From positions 484,969 to 548,968 of the forward strand of contig NMRA01000130.1 of assembly GCA_002633005.1 (NCBI GenBank): a DNA stretch of 64,000 bases, given 5' to 3'. Positions 47,657 to 60,885 of this stretch are shown here, piece after piece; position 1 is the stretch's first letter, and every line of letters starts with the position of its first letter. Source of the stretch: Phoronis australis (taxonomy: Eukaryota; Animalia; Phoronida). Made by a program: the position numbers and the translations under genes. The notes below the pieces were generated by a model. The model was given only the letters and a program-made list of their open reading frames with translations, was not told where the DNA came from and searched no databases.

Positions 47657-50600
47657 GTCCTCCTGTTTGATGTGGCCTGTAACAGACGGAATGATATAGG
47701 GATGAGACTAATGCAAAGTGCAGACGCAATGGGCCTGGGACCAGTTTCATCCACTAAGTAATGGGCCCGTTATTAAGCGATTGCCTGGTTCTCTAAATCA
47801 GGGACCGCTGTATCCGTTGGCACTATTGTACAAGGTATAGCCCAGCAATAGACTGTGAGGTATAACAGAACGGACACTATATCACGTGGAAATCACGTTG
47901 AAATTTTGAGCTCTTACGCTCAAATTTGACTGCCCTGCTCAAATTTCGCCTGTGGTATCATGACTGATACTTTTAAGACAAAATTTCCCCAATTTAGGAC
48001 ACAATAGGGCAGACAATTGAAATTTTATTTTCTCACTTTTTTCATGAAAGATAAGTAGCATCAAATTAATGCAAGTTCTGTAGCAAACAACAGATATTTT
48101 TTGTAAACATGTGAGCATTCACAACAATGTTAGAAGACCTTGAGAAATGAAAAAAAGGATAGTTTTGGCAATCACGTTTATCTGAAATTGATGAGGTATC
48201 AACTTGTAAAAGGTAGTCACCATTGTCATACTTTTCAGTTTAATAAGTCCACCCTGCAGACTAAATTTATCCACTCTCATGGAATTATTCTCTACGATCC
48301 ACAAAAAAATAACCAAGAACACAATGGCCACCCCTCCAATACTTAGCTCAACATTGTGATCGAGTCGTTCCCACACTCAACATTACCCGTTGAGAACACC
48401 TGCAACCTACAGAACAAATATGACAACTGTCTATGTTTGCAGATGTGTTGGTGAAGGAGCTCTGAGCCAAACATCTATGTCTGTGAAGAACACTTGCATA
48501 AGGTGAAAACTATCCACTGGAATGCTGACTTTTACCAAAAAATGAGGCATTCCAAACCCAACAGATACTGACAGTAAATCAACAGACCCATCTTCTAAAA
48601 CTGCATGCATTCGCATCTCATGGGTTCATTACAGATAACACAGACACTCTATGCATGTAATCAGCTTAGATTCACTCAATTCAGCTAATAAAGAAATAAT
48701 TCGTTCAGTAGCACCTCTCAATGAATGTCGAATTATTGACTTCTCGCATTTTGCCCTATAACTACCCATAAAACTCTAGTGAAGACTTGACAACAAGACT
48801 CGTACCTCTATTTCGAGAAAAGAGCAAGAACTCGGCTAAATAGCAGCCAGACATTGTCACAGACAAACACTGCTGCCTTGCTAATCAGACAGTGATAAAC
48901 AAATAAAAGGGGGGGTCTCATGGGCCCTAAAGGGTAAATTCCCAACAGTAGGTATTGACATTTCTAATAATAGGTATTTAATATGTTTCCAACAATAGGT
49001 ATTGGAATAACATCACAAGCGTGATTGATCCTCACACTCAGTGACCTCCGTATTCAAATACAGTATGGGTCAAACACTTGATAATATTTCTGGACAAATA
49101 ATTACGGTAAGCATTCTTCAATTTTAAGAGCAAAATAATAACTAAAATTCCTATAACTATATTCAGAGGCTCACTACATTGCTCAAAATGCAAAGGTTGT
49201 TTGGTGAGAGTTATACACACACAGGCAAAGTGAAATATACGGAAAAGCTGTTTTTCTTGAGAAATCCATCAAAATGAAATTTCAGTTATCAGCCACATCA
49301 GATCCCAATCCTAGACTCCGTCACATCAAATGCATATGACAGATGAAAACCACTTGCTGATTCTTTCATCTTCTTACAGTAAATAACAAAATCAACTGGA
49401 CAGACATGTACACACACTTTTCTCATGCTATCAACACGAGCTGTTTGCCTGGTAAGTCACAGGAACATTCCAGAACATCCATCAGAATGCATAACTATCA
49501 GTTGCTGCACTGATCTAAACGTTAATGATTGCTCTCTAAGGCATATAACTTCACATATCATATTTTCGTAATTGTTCTACACATTAAAATTGTGTCAACT
49601 GACTGTGACTGTTGCTGCTGTCCATGGAATTAACTTAACTTGGTTGAAGCAAGTCTGAACTACAAAACTGAAAGGTATGTGGTCAGTACCGTAGTGGGCT
49701 AGAACCTACAGTCTTAACTTTGATTAAGGCCACTTGCCATTAAAAATTGATCTCACCTTGTTCGTAACTCTGATCACAAGTGGTTTCTGAACTTAGAAAA
49801 CTGACATTTTGTTACTGCTTGTAACCTTGCACACGACACGTCGTGACAAGTCAACTCGCAGTGTCTGGTCTCGGGCAACGACAAACTCTCGAGTATTTCC
49901 AATGACGAAAACCACTTCACGGAATAATTTGAGAGCAATTGATAGTTTGTCTAAATTAAATTTGGAGTTTGTGATTGAAGGTGAGTTTGTAATAACTCAT
50001 GTATTCTTGACTTTTTGTTAGATTTGTGATAAAGCACCTGTATCTCATGATATGTGATTAGCTGGCCATGACACGAGATGAATTCTCGTGGTACGTACAT
50101 GTTTTACAAATCCCAGCTTGTGTTAGATTATCTCCCCTTGTAATAATTCTTCACCAAAAGATTGTGATGAGTGATGCTTTATATTGTCAAATTTCTTCCA
50201 AAAATAAAGATTAAGAATATTTCAGTCTTTCTGTTGCTAGCAATGGTTTGAAGTGTGCAATGTCACAAAACAACACTGAGTAAAGTTTCCATTATTTGTA
50301 GCGAGATAATGAGCCTTACAAGGACTGGAAAATGGCAATGATGACAATTGCTTTGGTGCAAAGAAAGTGGAAAATTACCATAAATCCATAATGAAGAGCC
50401 TCCTAGGCAAACAGCCGACAAGTATTATGCACAACCACTCAGGCACACACACACACACAAAACACACAATGTTGACAACTCAAAAGCAAGAGCAAGAACA
50501 TATGACTAGACAGAAAAAAATCGACCGTGTTGAACACAACATTGTAATAATGCAAGAATGTTGTTTTCTGCTTTACACAGAAGAGGTACAAGTAAAGGTC

Positions 50601-53600
50601 AGACACGTAAGTAATACACGTCAAGCTTTGAATAAGACATTAACAGACAGTGATGCCGAGTGCCTAGTCAGCTTCAAGAAGTGTTTTCTTTCATGTCACG
50701 GTTAAGTGCCACAAATATATCCTTGCTAAAAATACCACAATTATAATAAAATAAAATACACACCACAGGAAATATAACCAAGAAGCAGAATTATTTGAAA
50801 AAAGATTGAGAAGACCATGGGGATTGTGGTTGTCATGACGATGCAAAATATTTTCTGATTTATCATTTAGAGGTTCAAGGCTTATCCACAAGCAAATTAT
50901 CAAGGACTGACTGATTATAATTACAATTTAGGTGTTTGTACATATATGGCCATTACTGAAATTAATTGACTGTTCCTTTACGGTAAGTAGTCGCGTCACA
51001 TCCAGAAAAAATTGTTATTAAAATTGCCTTTTTTATTTTCAAAGACTTGTGAATGCCCGTATTTTTCAAAACATTCCTCGATGGTTGGTAACTGATAACT
51101 TAAGCATGAGAAAGCATTTATTTGGTGCTCTGCATCTTTCGTGGAATGGGGGAAAATAAAATTCCACCTACACGACACATTGTCTTCTGGTGAGATTTTA
51201 TCCAATGTTTTTCAACAACAATTAAAATCGACTACAAATCTGTCAGCTAACAACGACAACAGGCGATATAATCTCTTAAATTCAAGGCCCTATCGAACAA
51301 AACTTAACCCAAGTATGACGGGCACTGATGTTAACTGCGAAGTTAGCTAATTAAACCGTTTATACCAGGGTCGGTAGTTAATGGAAACTGAAGATAACGG
51401 TAAGTGATGTCGTCGTCATCGAAGCAATCACTATTGCAGAGGCCCCTGGTGATAACTTCGATGAGAGCAAAGATAATCATTCACGCCATGCCGAAGCAAC
51501 AACACTTCGCCATTAACTGACGCTGCCAACTTTGATCGAGGACTGAAGTTAACCATTGCAAGGCCCTCAATCCTACGAATTTGGGGTTGAGTATCGGCCC
51601 CATTCCCCTTTGAAAAATATTGAAAAATCGTGAAATTCTCGTCACGAGGTCCGAAAATTCCCCTCAAGTGACTGAAAAATTCTCCTCCAGGTTCAAATCA
51701 CTTGTAACCCCCACAACTGACAATTTGAAAGAGTACAAAATGTTAGTTTTGGCTACTTGAGGCAAAGCCTATGAGGGCTTGCAACAGGGTGGGAGGAATT
51801 GTTGATGGTGATCGGGAGGTAGAATTTTCCTCTACCAAAAAATTCCCCTTTGAGAAGGCACAGGCAACATTCCACTCGGATGAACAAGGGCCCTGCATTG
51901 AAACAGACTGCAATTGCCAAAAACAACGATGCACCGACATTGGTAAGAAAAGGCCTTTAGTCAAGTAACAGCTTAAAGACATTGAATCTTCTCTTCATTA
52001 AAAATTAGCAACTCATAAAGAGACAGCTTAAACTAAGTACACACAGTAATCTACCAAAGCCCTGACAGCTTTGCTAAGACACTTAAGATAATTGGACAAA
52101 ATTTACATCAAACTGTATCTAATTTAGCACGACTTATCTTCAGGCCACATGAGGTTTACCAAATTTGAATAACGTGTGTTGAGCAAAGTCAGCTTATGTC
52201 AAAGCCTGAACAAGGGGGGTAAAAATTATGGATAACAAATAAAGAGGGTGACATTGCTCGCAAAAATTATCTTAATTTGCATAGACGTGCTTCATTAAAG
52301 GCTCTAATTCAGAAAAGTTGACAAAGAAAGTACCCGGTAAGCGTCTTCAGAACAGAGATTTTAAAGTTTAAGTTGTATATAAGTTCTTACTTCGCAGTTA
52401 CAAATTTGGTTACCAGCGTTTAAAATACATGAGGCTTTCGAGCATACAGTCTGGTTGGTAGTGTCATTAACTAAACTCAACAAACACAGGCCACTACAGT
52501 CACAGGTTACAGAAGTTGAGGGATGCGACCATCGAGGGTCACGATAGTCGCTGCACAATCCGCTCAACTGTCTTAAATAAAGAAAGAATTTCTTGACCAC
52601 TCAGTAATTAAATATAGCAACTTGTCATCAACTGTGAAGACTAATAGGCACATGGAAAAAAGTTAAGAGCCTTATCCAATTGTTATGGCCTACTTTCTTT
52701 GACAAACTTCCATAACCCTTTACAATTGGCCTAATTATTTGAATTCAACCGAAATTGAAACTTCCCAATATTGCAAGCTCCAGCACAAGCGTTAATTGGT
52801 ATAAGTATTTTGTATAAGACAATGTATTTTACTTGCAATTATTTGGTTAAAAGTTACAGATGAATGAACCGAGAAAATAAAACTATTGCTCTTGCGACAA
52901 ATGAAGATCACGTGCCCGTCTTCCACAGCAAATGAGTAAGCATACGTGTAGCCTCGTTTTTCGCCACTAGGAGTCAGTTTGGTTTTAAAGGAAGAAAGAT
53001 TTCAGTCAGTCAAAACCAGCAACTGTTAAGTTGCTAGTGACAGCGGATGGCACCAATATTAAAGCAAGACTGCATTTTACTTAAAGTGGCTGTAAACCTT
53101 GACTTAAACCATTTGTGCCGCCATGAAATTAGCCTCAAATTGCTCCTTTCTCAGATGAGAAGTGAGTTTTCGTCAAACACTTTCTTACAGGTCGAGACCA
53201 TGTTTGGTGCAAAACACGGCATGTTGACTACTCTAGAGATCCGAATTGTAAAGACAGCAATAATAGTATAGACTGGGATGTTTCACAAATTCCAATAGTA
53301 GTAGACAGGAATAATAGTATAGAACCCACATTTTTGCCTTTAGAAAAATGAATAGTATAGAGCGGAAATTTGCGAAAAATTTAGTAATAGTATAGAATGG
53401 AATAATGATATAGGTCGCAGTTGTGTACATACATAACATGGCCAGTTTTAATGCACTGCAGAAGACGCAAACGGTTTTGTTGTTACTAAATAATGTTTAC
53501 TTTGGAATGGTTTAAGTTTTGAAGTATATACAGTTGCATAATTCAACGAAAAGAAATTTTCAATTGTGGAGCTATGTTCACCCTTTCGCTCCAACAATAC

Positions 53601-53701
53601 CAGCTGGCATATGCTTGCACTAATCCAGCAAAACAAAGAAATTAAATTTAGACTACTTCACATTATTCGATTACTTTTTTTACTTGCGATATAATTGCAA
53701 T

Positions 53702-53826
53702 GATTTTTGAAAAGTGGTATCCCAACATGACTTGGCTTAAGACAGCAGAGCAACTGGGTGACAGATTTTTGAAAAGTGGTATCCCAACATGACTTGGCTT
53801 AAGACAGTAGAGCAACTGGGTGACAG
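53702..53826. repeat. 62-bp tandem duplication (2 near-identical copies)
   Basis: gatttttgaaaagtggtatcccaacatgacttggcttaagacag(c/t)agagcaactgggtgaca x2. Confidence 0.92.
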
Positions 53827-54299
53827 GGTGTTGACATTGACAGGTACCTACAGATGAAATTTGAATTATTTATATATTTTTTTAAAGTTAATGAAATTAA
53901 ATATTCCAATTTATCATGTCTTAATTTTATTTTACTTAAAAAATGTACATTATTATCATCTAAACATCTGATGTCATGTGAATTGTTGAAAATGAAGATA
54001 TCAAAAGGTAAATAATTGCACCTTGATAACAGAAAACCAGTTATGTTCAGAAAAGAATCATTGAATCATACTTTACTTTGTCAACTATATTTACAAGTCG
54101 CAATCGTTATGGAAGACCAGCTGTAGACTAAATATCACAAGAACAATTCCTGCAGGTGAGATAATGACGAGAGCAGGTAAATTGAAATGAAATCTCATAT
54201 TTTAAGGAAACTTGATAATTTTCTGAATAATTTTCTGTTCAGAAATTACGCTGACGAGTTCCTGTCTTGACAGGTTGTGAATAAGTAAACGTTACGGAG

Positions 54300-55712
54300 C
54301 AGGGCTCGACATTAAATTTTATTTTAACTTGTCCAAACATATGTGAATTTCGCACATTATACCTGTTAGCACAAGCTCAATACATATATGTAAGAGCATG
54401 TATTACACAATTTTTAAATTTTGCACAAGTTTATTAAAGTGTTTGTATTTGGATTTCACCAGCGAACACGCCACAAGTTTACTCTGGTCTTTCAATTCAG
54501 TTATATGTTTTTTATAAGCTGCTGAGTGAGCCATCCACTGTTTGTGACTTTTCCCACTGGACACTTAGGCAACCACACACGTGCTAATGATTGACAGGTC
54601 TTCTTACTGAATACTTTGAACTTAGACAACCAAACACATGCTAATGATTGACAGGTCTTCTTATTGAGTAGATTTCTTTTTGAATTCAAAGCCCACACGC
54701 ACCTGCTCAACAATCCGACCATACTACTATTAGGCAACAGGGGTACTCGGTCAGCTGCCAAAATAACGAAGCAAAAATACATCTTGTAAAAAGTCATCAG
54801 GCAAATCAAAATTTCAAAAAAAATAAGTTTTTATCCACGTGGAGCGTGGACAGAATGTCCGACTTTCGCTAATGACAAGTTGATTTTTTGCGCTCTTGCC
54901 TTTGGTTGAGCGCTTCCATTTTGGTGTCAGGAGTGAAGTCATTAAAAACACGCGTTTACCAAGACGGGTACAGCGACGCAAGTTGGCTTGTCACAATGGA
55001 CCATGTCCTTTTTATTTCAATGCTCATGGTGGTTATGTTTCGTGTACTGTTCACGGGAATCACAGAAAGGTTGGCCACGGACGTGATATCCCTGACAAGT
55101 ACTGCTTTATTGGTTCTTCTACAGCAAAGGAAAGGTAAGCGAGTTGTGCACGTTTTGGAACCTTAATTTTGTGCATTCACAGAAGCACAGATACTTTTGC
55201 AGAAGTCTCGATCATGAAAAGTTGGGGGTGGGCAGTATGCCGAGCATGGGCCGTAACCTGCACGAGTACGGTAATACATTAAGTGAACTGGTTTGAGGCG
55301 CCCTCCGAATGACACAAATCATCGAGAAACTGGCGTGCTTTCAAAACGCTCGGAACTACGCTAGGACCTAGCTAAAATCCAAACTTTGCCAGATTACGTG
55401 AGATACTGCCGTGTATTTAAATGAGAACACGTCACTTTGGCTACAACTATTCGAATGCAAGTGCCACGGATCGCGTCCAGTCATGAGCTCCTGCATTATC
55501 TAAACAACACTTTGTCGATTTGCGCCGCATATTACCGACACTGATGGCTAAACAAGTGAGTTAACCTTGCCGTTATGAAGAAGTTCTGATCGTTCAGATT
55601 TACTATAGTTTCCAAAAATTTAACTTGTCCCGTCGGACAAGCTGCTCGGCCGTGAGCTTGTCCGGACCAACAAATTGGTTGTCCCGGGCAGTCGGACTAC
55701 CGTCGAGCCCTG
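54300..55712. mobile_element. Non-autonomous hAT-like element with an apparent 5-bp TSD
   Basis: 11-bp TIRs CAGGGCTCGAC / GTCGAGCCCTG, subterminal cttgtcc/ggacaag repeats, CGGAG on both flanks. Confidence 0.75.
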
Positions 55713-56109
55713 CGGAGTGGAATTTTGCAAAAAGCACGCATCCAACTCTCATTTCCAAGTCGTCAGTTTGGATTTCCGAATATCCCCTAGCAATCCTTCC
55801 TGTTTTGTATAAAAGTGCTGCACACATTCGTGTTCACTAACACCAAATGTTCTGCAAGCACGACAGCTGACAAACCGATCAAAATACAGTTGGTGAAATT
55901 ATGGTACGATAACGATAAACCAAGACATCATATCCAAGCCCATGTTGACGTCTACCATTTTTAGTTTTTCCAGCATAAACGTCGAGACCGCAACAATAGC
56001 CCGTATCAGCCTCACATGTTTGACACACTTTTATGCTTCATTTAGTGGGTTTGGCTGGTATGCCTGAAGAGTAATAGGGATCATAGTTCACGTGTGTGTA
56101 TAGTAGGCT

Positions 56110-56700
56110 GGTTTGCCGGTGGTTGCTGGAGTCACCAAGATGGTAATTATTGATTAATTTTAGAGAACCGGTCTCTTGTCATGATACAAGAAATGGCCAT
56201 TTAATGGGTCACCAAATCTGAAGTCCAATACAACCAGTCTAAGTAAGTTTTTTTTTAATTCTCATCATTATGTTGATGCAACAAACACTCCAGTTTTTTC
56301 AGTAGTTGCCATCTTGGGTCGGAATTTAGCAATATTTTTTGATCGGCAAAATTGGTTTCGCTGATGACCGAGTCAAAATATGTCTACTAGATTAGAAACA
56401 ATGAGGTGTAATCCAGTTGCAGTGCATTTGCATTGGTCGGCAGATGATGTCACATACTAGAAATCACTTGAAAAGCACGAGTCTGCAGTCAAATCGGAAG
56501 TCAGTGGTTGTAAAAACTCATCATCATCCGAACTTTAACCGCTCAGCGAGCTCACCTCAGACACATCGATATCCGACTTGTTGATGACGGCGATGGACTC
56601 TTATTTAATTTCAAGTACTTCTTTGTCAGTAAAACCGAAGAAAGCATCATCACTGTCATTCAAATATCACTCGATGCCATCGGACCTTTAAAATCTTACT
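56110..56700 (-). pseudogene. Decayed piggyBac (PGBD-like) transposase fragment
   Basis: Minus-strand pieces in order: SDDAFFGFTDKEV, SDIDVSEVSS, FDSVISETNFADQKI, DPRWQ, YWTSD, ISCIMTRDRFSKINQ*..HLGD. These follow the piggyBac motif order (IV.ETN.YA, W, YWS, MSR.RF..I...LH); frameshifts and stops present. Confidence 0.7.
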
Positions 56701-58078
56701 TACGTACAGGTTGTCACTCATTTTTGTGTCAAAACTCGGCAAAACTGTTTATTTTAAAGAAATCAACTGACTGACTGATACTATTTTTAAATATGGCTTC
56801 CAAAACCATGCAGATTACTGTTTTTAGTCAAGATATTTGTAACTTTCATTCATTCTAAAAATAAAGAGGTTGAAATAGCCGGCTTCGGACGGGTGCGCGG
56901 AGTCAGGCAAGTTCCGCGTTTTGGGTTCCGACTCCTACTGTAAAGAACGAAAGGGTCAGAAAGGAAGAAGCATCGGAAATTAATAAACGTAGAGACCTGA
57001 ATAAGCGTCGTATAGACCAGAAAACGAGTCCGAAATAAATAAACATGTGGATATGGCTATTCAGAACTCCCGAGTACAGTATGCTAACTTGTAAAGCAAT
57101 AACGGACTGTTGACCATAATTTGACTAAGGAACAATTGGAGACCAATTTGATAATGGTAACTGGTTTAAATCAAAAGTTGTTTTTTTTGATGGCTTTTAT
57201 TAAAAAACATCAGATAAACCGATGGTAATTGACAGCTAAGGCAATGCACTGATTGTGGTCGCCGAGGCAGACAGGCGATCACCGGCCTGTAATAAGAAAC
57301 CAAATGACTTTTTTTACAATATAAAGTATACAAAATAAGGAAACAGTTACAGTGAATAATAGGTTGGGAACAAAGAGAGACAAAACTAAGACTATATCTC
57401 CCTTGTAGAATTTTGTCACAAATATGTAAATTATGTAGGTCAGCTGACCAAAGTAAATTCTGAAATTTGCCCTGAGAAAAAAACAGCTCGTACCATATGT
57501 TTCAACAACTGGTCAATAAACTGTACGTGTTAAAGGATTGGATTCAACTTCATAGCGAAGAAATAAGTCTTGGTTTTAGTTATAGAAGGTCATCATTAAT
57601 TTCCACAAAAGTTGTATGCTAAAAATTCTTTCCATATACTTACGTGACTCAGCAAACATACATGACGGTGGACTTGGAACAGAATCATAGTCACACATTT
57701 TGCTATTCAGAGACATTTCGAATGAAGGTTTAATATAACAACACTATGTTCCACAGATTTTTGTCAACACATATCAAAATCCATAATTTACTGCAATTGT
57801 AAGCAAAGAGTTGAGTCCCCACACCGAAGAACTTGTTTCTGAAAACTCCACTCCGTGACTGTGGTTTTCTGTGACCTGGTTAGTAGGTGTTTTTAATGAT
57901 ACTGTAGGCTCATTGTAAAATGTAGAGCATCTGATTTCAGAAGTCTGAGAATTGCATAAATGAATCATCAAACATGACGCCTACGCACGGTAAATTTTCC
58001 GGATATTGCTAAAACGTGTTATATCATGAAAACTCCACCAAATACACGAAACCTAAGAATAACACCGACAACCGCTCT

Positions 58079-58292
58079 TTTCGCTTTGTGATTGTGAACA
58101 CAGACGTTGTTATCTGGTCATATTGGGCCAAATCTAATGCAATATACAAAATCAACATATTCCAGGAACAGTTACCTTATACAGTACGAATTCCTGAAAG
58201 CGATTAACGACGAGACACAAGAACCAAGCGGTCACAAAACGTTCATTTGTTGCACGAAATTCCTGGATTTTGCTTTCGTGTTTTTCCTGGAA
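58079..58292. promoter_or_regulatory. Cluster of GAS (STAT) motifs plus an IRF-like motif, putative STAT promoter/enhancer
   Basis: TTCCAGGAA 58160-58168, TTCCTGGAA 58284-58292, near matches TTCCTGAAA 58191 and TTCCTGGAT 58260, TTTCGCTTT 58079; motif evidence only. Confidence 0.4.
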
Positions 58293-59311
58293 GACTCTCT
58301 AACATGTTTTGTCATATTTGTTAAGATGATTCTTATTCGCTCACATATCGAAAACTGTGACGATATCTGGCAAACAACCAATAAAAAGTCGCGACTTTTG
58401 TAATCCACCCAACTTAAAGTCAACTTATTTACATTTGATATAGTTTCGCATTAATTATTTTATATGTACATGTGCGAAAAGTTTTTTTACTAAGTATTTA
58501 CTATGCATAAAAACACTTAAAAATTTTTCAAAATATTTTCCGATACACTCTGAGACAAAGAAGCGGGTTTTCGTTCCTTGGTCCAACCGTATGAGAGCGC
58601 TGCGAAGATTCAGTACACACCTCCGATATTGGCCAATCACAAACCAAGACTATTTCTGAACACATATGACATCGCACGTCGTAAACAAACTGGCGCTGTT
58701 AACATTGTAAACACACTGAGCGACAGGTCCGAGTCTGTAGAGTTGTATTTTCGGTCACTTCGTCGGCCAGTTCCGATATTAACGAAAAATTCTGAAGGAC
58801 AAGAGCTAAGTGGAAAATTTCCAGGTTTCCTATTGTTGCATTTTTTCTTGACTGAGACTGTTGCCTTGTTGGTCTTTGACTCGATCTTGACTCGGTGCGG
58901 GGCTAGGCCAAGTGAACAAGTAAAGCTGAAGACGTGAAGACTGTTCTGCCATTTAGTTGTCTTGTTTTGGACCACTTGTGGACTGATACAATGAACGAAG
59001 TCGTTGAGAATCAAGCATCAGACATAAATTCAAACCTCAGCAAGTAAGATTAAGTTGATGAATTCAGTGAACGGGTCATAACTCGATCCCACCTCATGGC
59101 CACAGCATAGTACTGTAGTACTGTACTAGACAGTGACCACTGTCTCTAGCTGGCCAGTAGTTATAACAATGTGACTTCTTAATCAGTGTGAGGCATATTT
59201 CGCCGAAAATCTTCTGGTGTATGAAGCGCCTACAGGGGCTTCATATGGTTCAACTAGAGACGATGGTCGCTGTCTAAGACTACAGTACAAGCCTTGGTTG
59301 GTACAAAGCTG

Positions 59312-60178
59312 TATTATTACTTGGCGGAATTCTGGGAATTCCGCCAAGTATGTTGGTCTGACAGCAAGTTTTTTTTGTTTGCTCTCTACAGGTCGCAATT
59401 TTCGTCCGATTTTCACGAAATTTGCACACAACGTGTAGATTGGGAGGTACTGGAACGCTATTGTTTTTGGTCATGATCGAATACAAAATGGCGGACGTGG
59501 CAGCCATTTTGTCTCCGATTTCACAGTCAAATAATCGTAGAGGCCGCATTTTTTGACGTACATAGCTGAAAATCGGTACGATTATACTAGAATGCATGTG
59601 CTACAAGTGTGCAGAAAATCGTTGACTTCCAGTCAAAGATGGCGGAAATATTGGAAGTGGCGCATGCGCACCCCGAAATATGGCCAAAAACGTTTTCTCC
59701 TGTAGAGGGCGCATTTGCAAACCAATCACTTTCAAACTGGTCACGTGTTTGTTGAGTTTAATAAGCTTTTATAAAAAATTATTGAACCGGAAGTCACTTT
59801 CAAGATGGCGGCTGTGGCCCATGTTCACACGGTTTCAATCGTTCTGGTGTCGCATTTTTAACGGGATGAGCAAATGACGTGAATTTTTGCATGTGGATTC
59901 CTTGAAGTATGGCCTTTCAAAAAGTCTGCGAGAGCGTATTTCTCAGACTTATCGTTTTCAAGTTTTTTGACTCTGAATTTCAAAAAAAAATGGCAAATTT
60001 TCAGTTTTCTCGAAAAATTTTTTGATTTTTGCCAAACTACCACTTTAGATAGAGTTTTGAACGGGCTTTCAGAAGATATTTTCCATTTTGCGCTACAATG
60101 TCTACTTTTTGAATTATTCGAGATTTTCGGATACCGTTGCAAGGACCCAGCTAGCTGGCTTTCAGTTCACTTTGTTTT
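59312..60178 (+). mobile_element. Interspersed repeat with a perfect 5' hairpin, Helentron/HINE-like
   Basis: 15-bp perfect arms tacttggcggaattc-tgg-gaattccgccaagta (59318-59350) after a T-rich site, then aaaatggcg/aagatggcg and gaaatttg subrepeats; class and 3' end inferred. Confidence 0.5.
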
Positions 60179-60679
60179 GGTTATGCCTAGTTGACCCAGA
60201 CTGACCCAGCCAGCACTGTCCTACTGTATACTGGACCGCCATGTTGCGCCATCTATTGTTCTTTATCTTTATTGTAGTTGATTGTTTGCTCTCTATATGA
60301 TTTCTTCGCTAGTCACATGAATGTTATCGTGTTATTCATAATTGCCGCCTTGATCGTCATGATTGTCGTCGTCCCCCTCATCGTCGTCTTTTCGATTAAT
60401 TCCGCCAAGTGTCGCTCCTCTGAGCGCTCTCGTTAGTATTTTGATGAGTCTTCATGCAGCTAGCTGCCTGGCTAACTTAAGACAGTACCACTTGAACTGG
60501 GCCAGTGAATCTGGAGCTATAGCTAGCTGTGTTTGACTAACAAAACACTACCGTAGACTAGTGAACGATGTGGGTAAACTTATTTGGAAATTTAAACGAT
60601 GCGCAATTTTTCATTTCACCATGACAGCTCTTTCTGTATTCCTATTGCAGCGAAACTTACATCAAAATCAAGCACTCCA

Positions 60680-60885
60680 CAGTGGCAGATCTAGAATACC
60701 ATAAGGGGGGCCCAACATGTTGCGTCGGGAATTGGGCAAAGCGCGGATGAGTACAGGCATCCCGAAAGTTGCGGGGGCCTAGAAGTATGAACCTTCTGTT
60801 CAGAGAATCTGTCAACCAATGAAAAAAAAAACAGGAACGCGATCCCGCCGCGATCTGGGGTCTGAGCCCCCCCTGTCCACCACTG
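60680..60885. mobile_element. hAT-like MITE (CAGTGG ends); a related 5' end lies at 63324
   Basis: cagtggcagatctagaataccataaggggggcccaacat ... tccaccactg; 63324 cagtggcggatctaggatatcataagaggggggcccaacat. Confidence 0.55.

Noticed and set aside
60330-60455. Minus-strand acidic reading frame (…RKDDDEGDDDNHDDQGGNYE*)
   Set aside because: Short, with no convincing splice sites or family motif.
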